A stretch of 64,000 bases of DNA from Aeromicrobium sp. Lineage in GTDB: Bacteria > Actinomycetota > Actinomycetes > Propionibacteriales > Nocardioidaceae. The DNA lies in NCBI GenBank assembly GCA_051005615.1, contig JBPCJE010000026.1, forward strand, positions 25,454-89,453, read 5' to 3'. Shown here piece after piece: positions 1-10,000 of this stretch (the stretch's first letter is position 1; each line of letters opens with the position of its first letter). Made by a program: the position numbers and the translations under genes. The notes beneath the pieces are model-generated. The model saw only the letters and a program-made list of their open reading frames with translations. It made no database searches and was not told the DNA's origin.

Positions 1-3
1 CCG

Positions 4-657
4 TCAGGCACCGCGGAGCAGGACGACGGCGAAGCCCAGTGCGGAGAGCGTCGCGAGCAGCAGGAACGTGTTCCAGACGGCGGCCGGGACATGGGTCAGA
101 CGGGCCAGCAGGTCGGCATCGGTGGTGCGGGTGCGCTGGCGTCGACGGTGGCTCCACAGGTCGAGCGTCGTGCGTGGGCCGGCAACCAGGAGGAACCAGG
201 CGAGGATCGAGGCGGCAAGGTCCTGGACCTCCGCCGAGGTTCGCCAGATCAGCACGGCGACGGCGCCGCCGGCCAGTCCGACCACCACGAGCCCGAACCA
301 GTTGCGGATGTACAGCAGCATCAGCGCGAGGGTGAGAAGCGCGGCCCACAGCGCCCACGGCGTGAGGCCGGCCGCGACGAGCCAGATGCAGACGAGACCC
401 AGCACGGAGGGCGCGAGGTAGCCGGCTGCCGCCATCGCCACCATCCCCGGCCCGTGGGGGCGGCCGCTGGAGATCGTGAGTCCGGACGTGTCCGAGTGCA
501 GCCGTACCGCGTTGAGCCTGCGTCCGGTCAGCAGGGCGATCATCGCGTGACCTGCCTCGTGCACGAGCGTCACCACGTGCCGGGAGTGGAGCCACACCGG
601 GGGCAGCAGGGCCAGAGCGGCTCCCACGAGCGCGGCGGTCACGGGGTTGTTCGTCAC
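4..657 (-). CDS. M50B-like membrane metallopeptidase
   Basis: HEAGH zinc motif (VTLVHEAGH), several TM helices and C-terminal TDADLLA motif. GTG at 657 chosen because CACGAT (-10-like) lies 6 nt upstream. Confidence 0.8.
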   Translation of the reverse strand: MTNNPVTAALVGAALALLPPVWLHSRHVVTLVHEAGHAMIALLTGRRLNAVRLHSDTSGLTISSGRPHGPGMVAMAAAGYLAPSVLGLVCIWLVAAGLTPWALWAALLTLALMLLYIRNWFGLVVVGLAGGAVAVLIWRTSAEVQDLAASILAWFLLVAGPRTTLDLWSHRRRQRTRTTDADLLARLTHVPAAVWNTFLLLATLSALGFAVVLLRGA

Positions 658-715
658 GGCGCCATCGTGCCGCACGGCGATCGGTGGGAGGTGGCTCGGC
701 ACGGCTCCACGAAGT

Positions 716-737
716 TGTCGGTGGTCGTTGTCAGACT
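716..737 (+). promoter_or_regulatory. RecA-NDp/PafBC-type promoter of rmuC
   Basis: TGTCGG-N10-CAGACT, then 6 nt and ATG 744 (leaderless). Confidence 0.6.
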
Positions 738-743
738 GACCGC

Positions 744-2066
744 ATGGATCTCGTGATCGTCCTGTTCATCGGACTGCTCGTCGGCCTCGCCGTCGGGTGG
801 ATGCTTGCCCGTTCCCGGGTCAGCAACGCCGATCCTGCCGTTCTCGCGGCCCAGCACGCGCAGGTCGTCGCAGAGATCCGTCACGAGGAGGTCACCGCCC
901 GTGCCGAAGTCAACGAGCGGCTCGCCGCCGCCGATGCCGGCCTCCAGGTTCTGCGGCAGCAGCTGGCCTCCGCCCACGAGCAGTACCGCGAGGCGCTCGA
1001 TCGGCACCGTGAGGAGGCTCGTCAGCGCGCCGTCACCGAGCAGGCGGAGAGCAAGGTGCTCCAGCAGCTGGCGCCGGTCGCCGACCAGCTGCGCTCCATG
1101 GGCCAGAAGGTGGTCGACCTGGAGAAGCAGCGGCACCAGCAGCACGGCGACCTCGCGGCGCAGATCAAGATCACCCGCGAGACGGCCGAGAAGTCCAAGG
1201 TGGCGGCGGAGACACTGGCATCCGCGTTGCGGAACAATTCCGTCCGCGGAGCCTTCGGCGAGACGCAGCTGAAGTCGCTGGTGGAGTCGGCCGGCCTCCT
1301 GCGCCGGGTCGACTTCACGACCCAGGAGTCGATCGAGGCCGAGTCGGGTGCTCGTCGTCCCGACATGGTGGTGCATCTGCCCGGTGGCAAGCAGATGGCG
1401 ATCGACGCGAAGGTCCCCTACGCTGCGTTCATCGAGTCGAACCGGCCGGACATCGCCGACGCGCAACGCGCCGAGCAGCTCGCGCGGCACGCGAAGCAGG
1501 TCAAGGCCCACATCGACGCCCTGGCCGGCAAGAGCTACTGGACGGGATTGGCGGCTAGCCCGGAGTTCACGGTGGCGTTCATCCCCAACGAGTCCATCCT
1601 GAACTCTGCTCTCGACGCCGACCCGGGTCTGATGGAGCACGCGTTCGCCAAGGGCGTGCTCCTGGCCACGCCCGTCAATCTGTGGGCCGTGCTCAAGACG
1701 GTGGCCTTCACCTGGCAGCAGGATGTCCTCACCGACGACGCCAAGCGGTTGTTCGACCTCGGCAAGGAGCTGTACGGACGGCTGGCCAAGCTGGCCGAGC
1801 ACGCCGAGAAGCTGCGGCGTTCCATCGAGTCCACCGTCACCAACTACAACAACTTCGCGAGCTCGCTCGAGCAGCGCGTCCTCGTCACCGCACGCAAGCT
1901 CGAGACCCTGGACGAGTCGAAGGTGATCGGACAGCCTGAGCCGATCGAGAGCCAGACGAAGCAGCTCACCCAGGAGGAGTTCGCCGCCTTCGACGACCTC
2001 GAACGCCCGGAGCTCGACTTCGCGTTGGAGGCCGAGATCGTCGACGAGGCTGACGAGGTCGGCTAA
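744..2066 (+). CDS. rmuC: DNA recombination protein RmuC
   Basis: N-terminal TM, coiled coil, RGAFGETQL, RPDMVVHLPGGK..IDAKVP nuclease-like motif and ATPVNLWAVLKTV. Confidence 0.92.
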   Translation: MDLVIVLFIGLLVGLAVGWMLARSRVSNADPAVLAAQHAQVVAEIRHEEVTARAEVNERLAAADAGLQVLRQQLASAHEQYREALDRHREEARQRAVTEQAESKVLQQLAPVADQLRSMGQKVVDLEKQRHQQHGDLAAQIKITRETAEKSKVAAETLASALRNNSVRGAFGETQLKSLVESAGLLRRVDFTTQESIEAESGARRPDMVVHLPGGKQMAIDAKVPYAAFIESNRPDIADAQRAEQLARHAKQVKAHIDALAGKSYWTGLAASPEFTVAFIPNESILNSALDADPGLMEHAFAKGVLLATPVNLWAVLKTVAFTWQQDVLTDDAKRLFDLGKELYGRLAKLAEHAEKLRRSIESTVTNYNNFASSLEQRVLVTARKLETLDESKVIGQPEPIESQTKQLTQEEFAAFDDLERPELDFALEAEIVDEADEVG

Positions 2067-3235
2067 CCGAGCGCCTGCTCCAGGTCCCCCGCAAGGTCGG
2101 CCACGTCCTCGATGCCGACGCTGAGACGAACCAGATCGTCCGGAACCTCGAGCGCGGAACCTTCCGTTGATGCGTGGGTCATGGCACCGGGGTACTCGAT
2201 CAGCGACTCGATCCCACCCAGGCTCTCGGCGAGGATGAAGATCTCCGTCCGCGAGCACAGGTCGAGGGCAGCCTGCCGTCCACCGGCCAGTCGGATGGAG
2301 ATCATGCCGCCGAAGCGACGCATCTGGCGGGCTGCCACCTCGTGGCCGGGGTGCTCAGGGAGACCCGGGTAGAGCACCTGCGACACCGCGTCATGACGCT
2401 TCAGGAGGTCGACGACCGCCTCCGCGTTGGTGCAGTGCTGCTCCATGCGTATGGCGAGTGTCTTGGCGCCGCGCATCGTCAGGTACGCGTCGAACGGTCC
2501 CGGCACGCCACCGGCGCCGTTCTGCAGAAAGCCGAACGCCTCGTTGAGGGCCTCGTCATCGGTGACGAGGGCGCCGCCCACGACGTCGGAGTGACCGCCG
2601 AGATACTTCGTCGTCGAGTGCAGCACGACGTCGGCGCCGAGCAGGAGCGGCTGCTGGAGATAGGGCGAGGCGAAGGTGTTGTCGACGACCAGCTTCACGC
2701 CTGCCTCGCGGGAGATGTCGGCAGTGGCCTCGATGTCGGCGATGTTGAGCAGCGGGTTGGTGGGTGTCTCGATCCAGACGACCTTGGTCTGCGGCCTGAT
2801 GGCGGACCGGATCGCATCCACGTCGCTCACGGCGACCGGTGTGTACGTGATGCCCCACTGGGTGAACACCTTGTCGACGAGACGGAACGTGCCGCCGTAG
2901 GCGTCGTCGGGGATGACGAGGTGGTCGCCGGGTCGCAACATCGACCGCAGTGCGGTGTCGGTGGCGGCCATGCCCGAGCTGAACGCGCGGCCGAAGGCGC
3001 CGCCTTCGAGCGCGGCGAGGTTCGCCTCGAGAGCAGTACGCGTCGGGTTGCCGGTGCGCGCGTACTCGTAGCCACCGCGCATGCCGCCGACGCCGTCCTG
3101 CGCGAACGTCGAGGTGGCATAGATGGGCACGTTGACCGCGCCGGTCTGCGGGTCGGGGTGGAACCCGGCGTGGATGGCGCGGGTGGCGAAGCCCTGCCAG
3201 GCGTCCTCGTCGTGTGCGCTGCGCTTCTCGCTCAT
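2063..3235 (-). CDS. metB: cystathionine gamma-synthase/gamma-lyase
   Basis: YARTGNPT, ETPTNP, HSTTKYLGGHSD (PLP lysine) and AESLGG. ATG overlaps the cbs stop codon. Confidence 0.93.
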   Translation of the reverse strand: MSEKRSAHDEDAWQGFATRAIHAGFHPDPQTGAVNVPIYATSTFAQDGVGGMRGGYEYARTGNPTRTALEANLAALEGGAFGRAFSSGMAATDTALRSMLRPGDHLVIPDDAYGGTFRLVDKVFTQWGITYTPVAVSDVDAIRSAIRPQTKVVWIETPTNPLLNIADIEATADISREAGVKLVVDNTFASPYLQQPLLLGADVVLHSTTKYLGGHSDVVGGALVTDDEALNEAFGFLQNGAGGVPGPFDAYLTMRGAKTLAIRMEQHCTNAEAVVDLLKRHDAVSQVLYPGLPEHPGHEVAARQMRRFGGMISIRLAGGRQAALDLCSRTEIFILAESLGGIESLIEYPGAMTHASTEGSALEVPDDLVRLSVGIEDVADLAGDLEQALG

Positions 3236-4608
3236 ACCTGGGCGCCCAGGAGGTCGTGACGGGTGAGTACACCGAGCGGCTTTCCGTCCTCGATGACCAT
3301 CACCGCGTCGCTCTCGCTGAGGGCCTTGAGGCACGTCTCGAAGTCCTCCGTCGAGCCGATCAGCGGAAGGGATGGTTCCATGTGCTTCTGGACCGGGTCG
3401 GTGAGGGCCGCGCGTCCCTCGAACACGGCACTGAGCAGCTCACGTTCGCTGACACTGCCGGCCACTTCGCCGATGACCACCGGCGGCTCGGGCCCGACGA
3501 CGGGCATCTGGGACACGCCGTACTCGTGCAAGATGCCGATGGCGTCGCGGATTGTCTCGCTCGGGTGGGTGTGCACGAGCGCCGGCATCTCGCCGGCCTT
3601 CTTCCGCAGAAGCTCGCCCACCGTGGGTCGATCGGCGTGGCCGTCGAGAGGGCTGCGGAGGAATCCGTAAGACGACATCCAGTCGTCGTTGAACACCTTG
3701 GAGAGGTATCCGCGGCCGCCGTCGGGCAGCAGCACGACCACCAGCGCGTCTGGGCCCTCGCGCTCGGCCACCTCGAGAGCGGCGACGACGGCCATGCCGC
3801 ACGACCCGCCGACGAGGAGGCCTTCCTCGCGGGCGAGACGCCGGGTCATGTCGAACGAGTCCGCGTCACCGACGGCGATGATCTCGTCCGGGATGTCCGG
3901 GTCGTAGGCGCTGGGCCAGAAGTCCTCACCGACCCCTTCGACGAGGTAGGGGCGTCCGGTTCCGCCGGAGTACACGGATCCTTCGGGGTCGACGCCGATG
4001 ACCTTGACGCGTCCGTCGGAGACTTCCTTGAGGTAGCGGCCGGCTCCGGAGATCGTTCCGCCGGTGCCGACGCCGGCGACGAAGTGGGTCACCTTTCCGT
4101 CGGTGTCGACCCAGATCTCCGGGCCGGTGGTCTCGTAGTGGCTCAGTGGCCCTGCGGGGTTGGAGTACTGGTCAGGCTTCCAACCGCCTTCGGTCTCACG
4201 GACGAGGCGGTCGGAGACGCTGTAGTAGCTGTCCGGGTGGTCGGGCGGCACGGCGGTGGGGCACACGACGACCTCGGCGCCATAGGCGCGCATGGTGTTC
4301 AGCTTGTCGAGGCTGACCTTGTCCGGGCACACGAAGATGCAGTGGTACCCGCGCTGCTGGGCCACGAGCGCGAGTCCGACTCCGGTGTTGCCGGATGTCG
4401 GTTCGATGATGGTTCCCCCGGGCTTCAGCGCTCCCGATTCCTCGGCGGCGTCGATCATCTTGACGGCGATGCGGTCCTTCACGCTGCCACCGGGGTTCAT
4501 GTACTCGATCTTGGCCGCCACGGTCGCGGATCCCGCGGGGACGACGTTGGCCAGCTTCACGAGCGGGGTGTTGCCCATGAGGTCGACGATGTGATTGGCG
4601 ATACGCAT
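3232..4608 (-). CDS. cbs: cystathionine beta-synthase with C-terminal CBS domains
   Basis: NPGGSVKDR, PTSGNTG and GTGGT motifs plus a CBS pair. Confidence 0.95.
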   Translation of the reverse strand: MRIANHIVDLMGNTPLVKLANVVPAGSATVAAKIEYMNPGGSVKDRIAVKMIDAAEESGALKPGGTIIEPTSGNTGVGLALVAQQRGYHCIFVCPDKVSLDKLNTMRAYGAEVVVCPTAVPPDHPDSYYSVSDRLVRETEGGWKPDQYSNPAGPLSHYETTGPEIWVDTDGKVTHFVAGVGTGGTISGAGRYLKEVSDGRVKVIGVDPEGSVYSGGTGRPYLVEGVGEDFWPSAYDPDIPDEIIAVGDADSFDMTRRLAREEGLLVGGSCGMAVVAALEVAEREGPDALVVVLLPDGGRGYLSKVFNDDWMSSYGFLRSPLDGHADRPTVGELLRKKAGEMPALVHTHPSETIRDAIGILHEYGVSQMPVVGPEPPVVIGEVAGSVSERELLSAVFEGRAALTDPVQKHMEPSLPLIGSTEDFETCLKALSESDAVMVIEDGKPLGVLTRHDLLGAQV

Positions 4609-4646
4609 GCGGCCATTCTTGCACCGGCGCGATGCGGTGCCTCTGC

Positions 4647-5354
4647 TCAGCGGGTGAGGACCGGCGCGGCCTCGTCGACGTCGAGCGTCGTGGCGGGTCC
4701 GCGAGCGGTGAGTGTCTCGTCGAGCCCCGCCCAGCCGCCACCGTCGACGCTGTAGCGAACCTGATACGTCGTGTCGACCCGCGCGCTCAGGTTCCTGCCG
4801 GGCTGCTCATACCGGTGCGTGACATCCTTCGCCGGGTATGGCCGTCCGGCCTTCGACGTGCTGGCCGACGTGCCGTCCCCATGGACCCACGTGAACCGCA
4901 CCGGCGTCGCCTCGAGCCGCACGCTGTGCCCGAGCAGCGCGACCGTCCGCCGCAGCACGGTTGCGTCGGTGTAGAAGATCGTGTCCACGTTGACCAGCGT
5001 GTTGCCGTCTGGCTGGATCTGAAGCTCGAGGGCTGGCATCGGGACCTCGCGGATCGCGCGCCGAATGTCACCGGCGGTCGAGTCACCATCTGCGGGGGAG
5101 AGAGTAAAGGTGCCAGGAAAGGATGATGTACCACAACTCAGGCCGGCCGCTCTGGCCCCTGGTGCCTGATCACACATGAACTTCAGCCTTTTCGGCTGCT
5201 CCTTGGACGTCGTTTGTGTTACCGGTACGCGAACCTCCCGCTGTTCGATTCGCAGCCGATCGGATTCCCATGGGCTTGGGAGTACGTCTGTCTCTGCATT
5301 CGCAGGCAGAGCAGCGAAGCAGAAGAATGCGCAGACAACGGCCGTTCGCATCAC
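4647..5354 (-). CDS. secreted protein with C-terminal PKD/Ig-like beta domain
   Basis: Signal peptide (..AALPANA), C-terminal LVNVDTIFYT..FTWVHGDG..GRPYP..THRY pattern. Start overlaps the upstream gene's stop. Confidence 0.7.
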   Translation of the reverse strand: MMRTAVVCAFFCFAALPANAETDVLPSPWESDRLRIEQREVRVPVTQTTSKEQPKRLKFMCDQAPGARAAGLSCGTSSFPGTFTLSPADGDSTAGDIRRAIREVPMPALELQIQPDGNTLVNVDTIFYTDATVLRRTVALLGHSVRLEATPVRFTWVHGDGTSASTSKAGRPYPAKDVTHRYEQPGRNLSARVDTTYQVRYSVDGGGWAGLDETLTARGPATTLDVDEAAPVLTR

Positions 5355-5827
5355 GACTTGCTCTTGTAGATGTCAAGGATCTCGAACGGGGCTCGGCTGT
5401 TCAGAACGAATACGAGAGTCGATGGATTCTCTTCGTCGGCGATTTCGACATCAGCCTCCACCTCAATCGGATCGCGGTTAGCGCCTACGGAGATGTTCGA
5501 AAGTCGCCAAACTGGCTTCTTTGCATGCTCCGACGGTGCGAGTCGCCGAAAGTCCTTTGCATATCCTCTGCACGGCTTGCAGTCGCCGGCATGACTCAGC
5601 ATTGGTTCAACATTGCCGGTCTGTGCGCCATGGTTGAACGTCGAGACCCAGTAGTCCACGAAGTTGGCGGCTCCGCTCGGAGAGTCTTCCCGGGCCGAAT
5701 CAGGCATCGCTGGCTCAACCGGGGTGGGTCGAGCAGAAGCTGAAGGGCTCGGCTCGATGGGTTTGGGTTCGTCCGAGCAGGAGCCGAACAGGAGCACCGC
5801 CGAGATGGCGAGCGCGAACGTACGCAT
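5351..5827 (-). CDS. DUF6318-like lipoprotein
   Basis: Lipobox-like LFGSC, Pro/Ser linker, P.MP..A.E.S..GA..FV.YW and CxxC (CKPC). Confidence 0.7.
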   Translation of the reverse strand: MRTFALAISAVLLFGSCSDEPKPIEPSPSASARPTPVEPAMPDSAREDSPSGAANFVDYWVSTFNHGAQTGNVEPMLSHAGDCKPCRGYAKDFRRLAPSEHAKKPVWRLSNISVGANRDPIEVEADVEIADEENPSTLVFVLNSRAPFEILDIYKSKS

Positions 5828-5906
5828 GGAATCCCCCGATTCGAAATCCCCAGCAACCTATCGAGCCGGGGTGGCAATGTCACCCTTGGGTCCACAACGG
5901 ACGCTG

Positions 5907-5965
5907 CGGTCACGATTCGCCGTTCCGAAGGCCGGGAATGGGCCAGAATCAACCGAATCGTGCCC
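5907..5965. repeat. REP-like imperfect palindrome, copy 1
   Basis: cacgattcg (5911-5919) and cgaatcgtg (5954-5962) are inverted. Shares cggtcacgattcgccNttcc...aatgggc...accgaatc with 48469-48530. Confidence 0.6.
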
Positions 5966-5973
5966 GGGGCGGG

Positions 5974-6960
5974 TCAGTCGTCGCGGCCGCCGAACATGAT
6001 CTCGTCCCAGCTGGGGACGCGGCGGCGTTCGTGCTTCTTCTTGCGGGGGAGGGTGTCGGGGACGGCGACGTCGTGCTCGATGGGGATCTCCAGGTCGGCG
6101 ATGTCCATCGCGCGCTGTTCTGCCCGCTCGGCTTCTGCCTCCGACTCGGCCTCGTCGGCGAGGGCGAGCTGCTCCATGACCCGGCGATCGCGGGCCTCCT
6201 TGATCGATGACACGGCGGCGTGGTGGTCGCGCTCGGCCATCTCCTCGGGCGCGATCGCGTCGTCTCCGTCGATGACGACCTCGTCGGCGGACTCCTCGAC
6301 CGCAGGTGCGGCGGCGTCGGACTGCTCGCGCAGGACGTCGGCGATGGCCATGTCGCCGGAGTCGGGGAGGGCGACGTCGCCGACCAGGTCGTGGGCGAAC
6401 TCGTCGGTGGGCAGCACGTAGCGGCTCTTCACGTCGAACAGGAACGTGGCGGGCTGATCGGCCCCGGAGGGGGCGACGACAACCGTCCAGCGACCGTCCT
6501 CACGGCGCCACGAGTCCCACCGGACCTCCTCGGGCGACGTGCCACCGGCGGCGACGTTCTCGTCGACGAGCACGCCGAGCAGCGCGCCGGCACCGCCGAC
6601 GTGCTTGCGGCGGATCGTGGTCTTGCGGGCCTGCTCGCACATGTACTCGCGCTCGGCCAGGACGGGCACCGCGAAGCCGGCGATCTGATCGACCGGGACG
6701 CCGGCGGCCTCGGCGACCTCGTCGGGACTCTCGCCACGACGGATGCGCGTCTGGATGTCACGGGGGCTGAGTGAACTTTCCATGCGGGTCTCCAACTGGC
6801 CGGACGTACTCTGTCGAAAGGTTTCGTCTCGGGAGGTGGCGTCGATCAGGGAAGAGAGACGGCGATCGGCCGGGATGTGGAAGGACTCATCGGTGGAATG
6901 GTCGCGCGCGATGAGGAACCGTCCGTCCTCGCTCAGTCCGTCCAGACCGAGTTCACGCAT
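5974..6960 (-). CDS. sepH: septation protein SepH (DUF3071)
   Basis: MREL..GLSEDG start, LSPRDIQTRIRRG HTH, WDSWRREDGRW and C-terminal VPSWDEIMFG. Confidence 0.9.
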   Translation of the reverse strand: MRELGLDGLSEDGRFLIARDHSTDESFHIPADRRLSSLIDATSRDETFRQSTSGQLETRMESSLSPRDIQTRIRRGESPDEVAEAAGVPVDQIAGFAVPVLAEREYMCEQARKTTIRRKHVGGAGALLGVLVDENVAAGGTSPEEVRWDSWRREDGRWTVVVAPSGADQPATFLFDVKSRYVLPTDEFAHDLVGDVALPDSGDMAIADVLREQSDAAAPAVEESADEVVIDGDDAIAPEEMAERDHHAAVSSIKEARDRRVMEQLALADEAESEAEAERAEQRAMDIADLEIPIEHDVAVPDTLPRKKKHERRRVPSWDEIMFGGRDD

Positions 6961-7047
6961 CGCGGGCCTCCAGATTCGTCCTGGATTCCATCGTAGGGAG
7001 GAGGATCGCCGATCCTGTGGTGACGCGCCGACGATCCGGCGGCGGCG

Positions 7048-10000
7048 TCAGGAGCGGGGGAGGACGGCCTCGAACGCGCGGTCCGGATTGCCGAAGCGGT
7101 GGTTCGTGATGGAGATCGCCTGCTCCCGCAGGAACGGCAGCAGCTCGATGCGGCCCGACTGAGTCACCGGTCCGGCGTAGATCGCAACGTCCGGATCACC
7201 GTCGACGGCGCGGGCGAGGTCAAGCCCCGGTGATCCGATCACGCGGACCCGCCCGGGATGCTTCTCGCGCATCCGGCCGAGCCAGGCTCCGCGCGTCTCC
7301 ACCACGTGGTCGGTTGCCAGGCCGTTCGGCAGTGGCACGGCGGAGCTGACCGAGACGGGCGAACCCGCGCGGGCTGCGGCGAGGAGCACCCGCGCCAGTT
7401 CGGACAGCGACCCGTCGCACCGGATCGTGACGGGAACGGGTCGGTAACGGAGGACGTTCCGCTCCACACCGAGACTCGTGACGTCCTTCTCGACGCCGAA
7501 CTCGCGCGTCCATGCGACGTGGTCGGACGTCGCGGCGGCGCGGAGACCGGCGACCTCGGCTGGGCCCAGCGAACCCTCGACGGTGGACAGCAGCGTCTCG
7601 ATGCGCTTCGACAGGGTGACTCCGGACGGCACGGAGCGGAGAGGCCGCGGATGCCAGGTGCCGAGGTGCGTGAGGTAGTTGGGACCGCCGGCCTTGCTCG
7701 TCGTGCCGACGCTGGACCGCTTCCACCCGCCGAACGGCTGGCGCTGCACGACCGCACCGGTGATGCCGCGGTTGACGTACAGGTTGCCGGCCTCGACGCG
7801 GTCGATCCAGGTGTTGACCTCGTCGGGGTCGAGCGAGTGGAGCCCGGCGGTGAGGCCGAAGTCGGTGGCGTTCTGGAGGCGGATCGCCTCGTCGAGGTCA
7901 TTGGCGTGCATGATGCCCAGCACCGGACCGAAGTACTCGGTGGTGTGGAACTCGCTGCCCGGCTTCACGCCGGTGCGAATACCGGGCGACCAGAGGCGTC
8001 CTGAGGAATCGAGGCGTCGCGGTTCCAGCAGCCATGACTCGCCGTCCTGGAGAGTGGTGAGCGCACCCAGCAGCTTGCCGTGGGCCGGTTCGATGATCGG
8101 GCTCATCATCGTCGTCGGATCGTGCGGGTACCCGACGACGAGGGACGACGCGGCGTCGAGCAGCTGGCGGTTGAAGCGCTCGGACGTCGCCACGGACCCG
8201 ACGAGGATCGCCAGGCTCGCCGCCGAGCACTTCTGGCCGGCGTGACCGAACGCGCTCTTGGCGAGGTCGGCGACGGCGAGGTCGAGGTCGGCGCTCGGCG
8301 TGACGACGATGGCGTTCTTGCCGCTCGTCTCGGCGAGCAGGGGCAGGTCGGGACGCCATGAGCGGAACAGCTTGGCGGTGTCCCAGCCGCCGGTGAGGAT
8401 GACGCGGTCCACCGCTGGGTGGGAGATGAGCGCCTGACTGAGGGGCCCTTCGGCGACCGTGACGAACCGGAGTGCATCCCGGGGGACGCTGCCCCGCCAC
8501 AGCGCCTCGACCATCACGGCGGCACATCTCGGGCTCTGCGGGGCGGGCTTGATGACGACGCCGCTGCCGGCCGCGAGGGCCGACAGCACCGAGCCGGCCG
8601 GGATCGCGACCGGGAAGTTCCACGGTGGTGTGACGACGGTCAGGTTCGCCGGCTCGAAACGTGCTCCGTCGACGACCTCGAGGCGCAGGGCCGCCTCGGC
8701 GTAGTAGTGGGCGAAGTCGATGGCCTCGCTGACCTCCACGTCGGCCTCGGCGATGGTCTTGCCGGTCTCGGCAGCCATGACAGCCACGAGGTCGCCACGT
8801 CGGGAAGCGAGCGCCGCGCCGGCCTGGTGCAGGATCCACGACCGCACCTCGGCACCCCGAGCGGCCCAGGCGGACCCGCCCTCACGCACCTGGTAGATGA
8901 GGGTCTGCAGGCTCGCCGGGCCATGCACCCGGTTCGCCTCGACGGTGTCGAGGCCCAGCTGGGTGTAGGTGGACCGCGCCAGCGTGAGCCGGCCCCAGCT
9001 GCGGTTGGCGTCCGTGGACGGGTCGGTGTCGGGCGTGTTCTTGAATCCGTCGGTGTGCAGCGTGACGTGATCGGTGGAGCGGTCCTGCGAGCGGAAAGGC
9101 TCGGGCACGGACTCGTCGAGGGCCTTGACGGAGTCGAGGAACCGGTTGGCCTCCCGGTCGAACGCCTCGGACGACGACGCGAGGTCGAAGACGGCCGACA
9201 TGAAGTTGTCGCTGCTGGCGTTCTCCTCGAGTCTGCGGACGAGGTAGGAGATCGCGACGTCGAACTCGTCGGGATGCACGACCGGCGTGTAGAGCAGGAG
9301 CTGTCCGACCTCGCTGCGCACGGCGTCCATCGGTCCGGTGTCCATCCCGAGCAACATCTCGAACTCGATACCGTCGCGGACCGACCGCTCGCCGGCGAGC
9401 AGCCAGGCGTAGGCGATGTCGAACAGGTTCTGGCCGGCGACGCCGATGCGCACCGCGTCGATGCGCTCCGGCGTGAAGGCCCAGTCGAGGACGCGCTTGT
9501 AGTTGGTGTCGCTCTCCTGCTTGGTGCCCCAGGTCGCGAGTGGCCACGTGTGGATGGCGGCGTCGACGCGTTCCATGGCCAGGTTGGCGCCCTTGACGAC
9601 GCGGACCTTGATGGGCGCACCGCCGAGAGCGCGTCGCGCCGTGGCCCACTCCTGCACGTGCTGCATCGCGGCCAGGCAGTCGGGGAGATACGCCTGAAGG
9701 ACGATGCCGGCCTCGAGGTCGGGGAACTCCTCGAGCACCTTGGTGAACACCGCGATGGTCAGGTCGAGGTCGCGGTACTCCTCCATGTCGAGATTGATGA
9801 AGGAGCCGTTCGCGGCGGCCTTGGCGTAGAGCGGCTGAAGTCGGTCGACCACTCGGTCGACCGTGTCGTCGAAGGCCCACATGGAGAGCTGGCTCGCCAC
9901 CGCCGAGACCTTGACCGAGACGTAGTCGACGTCGTCGCGCGCGAGCAGGGCGGCGGTGCGGTCGCGTCGCCGGGTGGCCTCGCGCTCACCGAGCACCGCC

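Noticed and set aside
5855-5876. TGCCAC-N10-TAGGTT before the DUF6318-like gene as a PafBC promoter
   Set aside because: Spacing fits but half of the upstream hexamer mismatches, so only the -10 is credible
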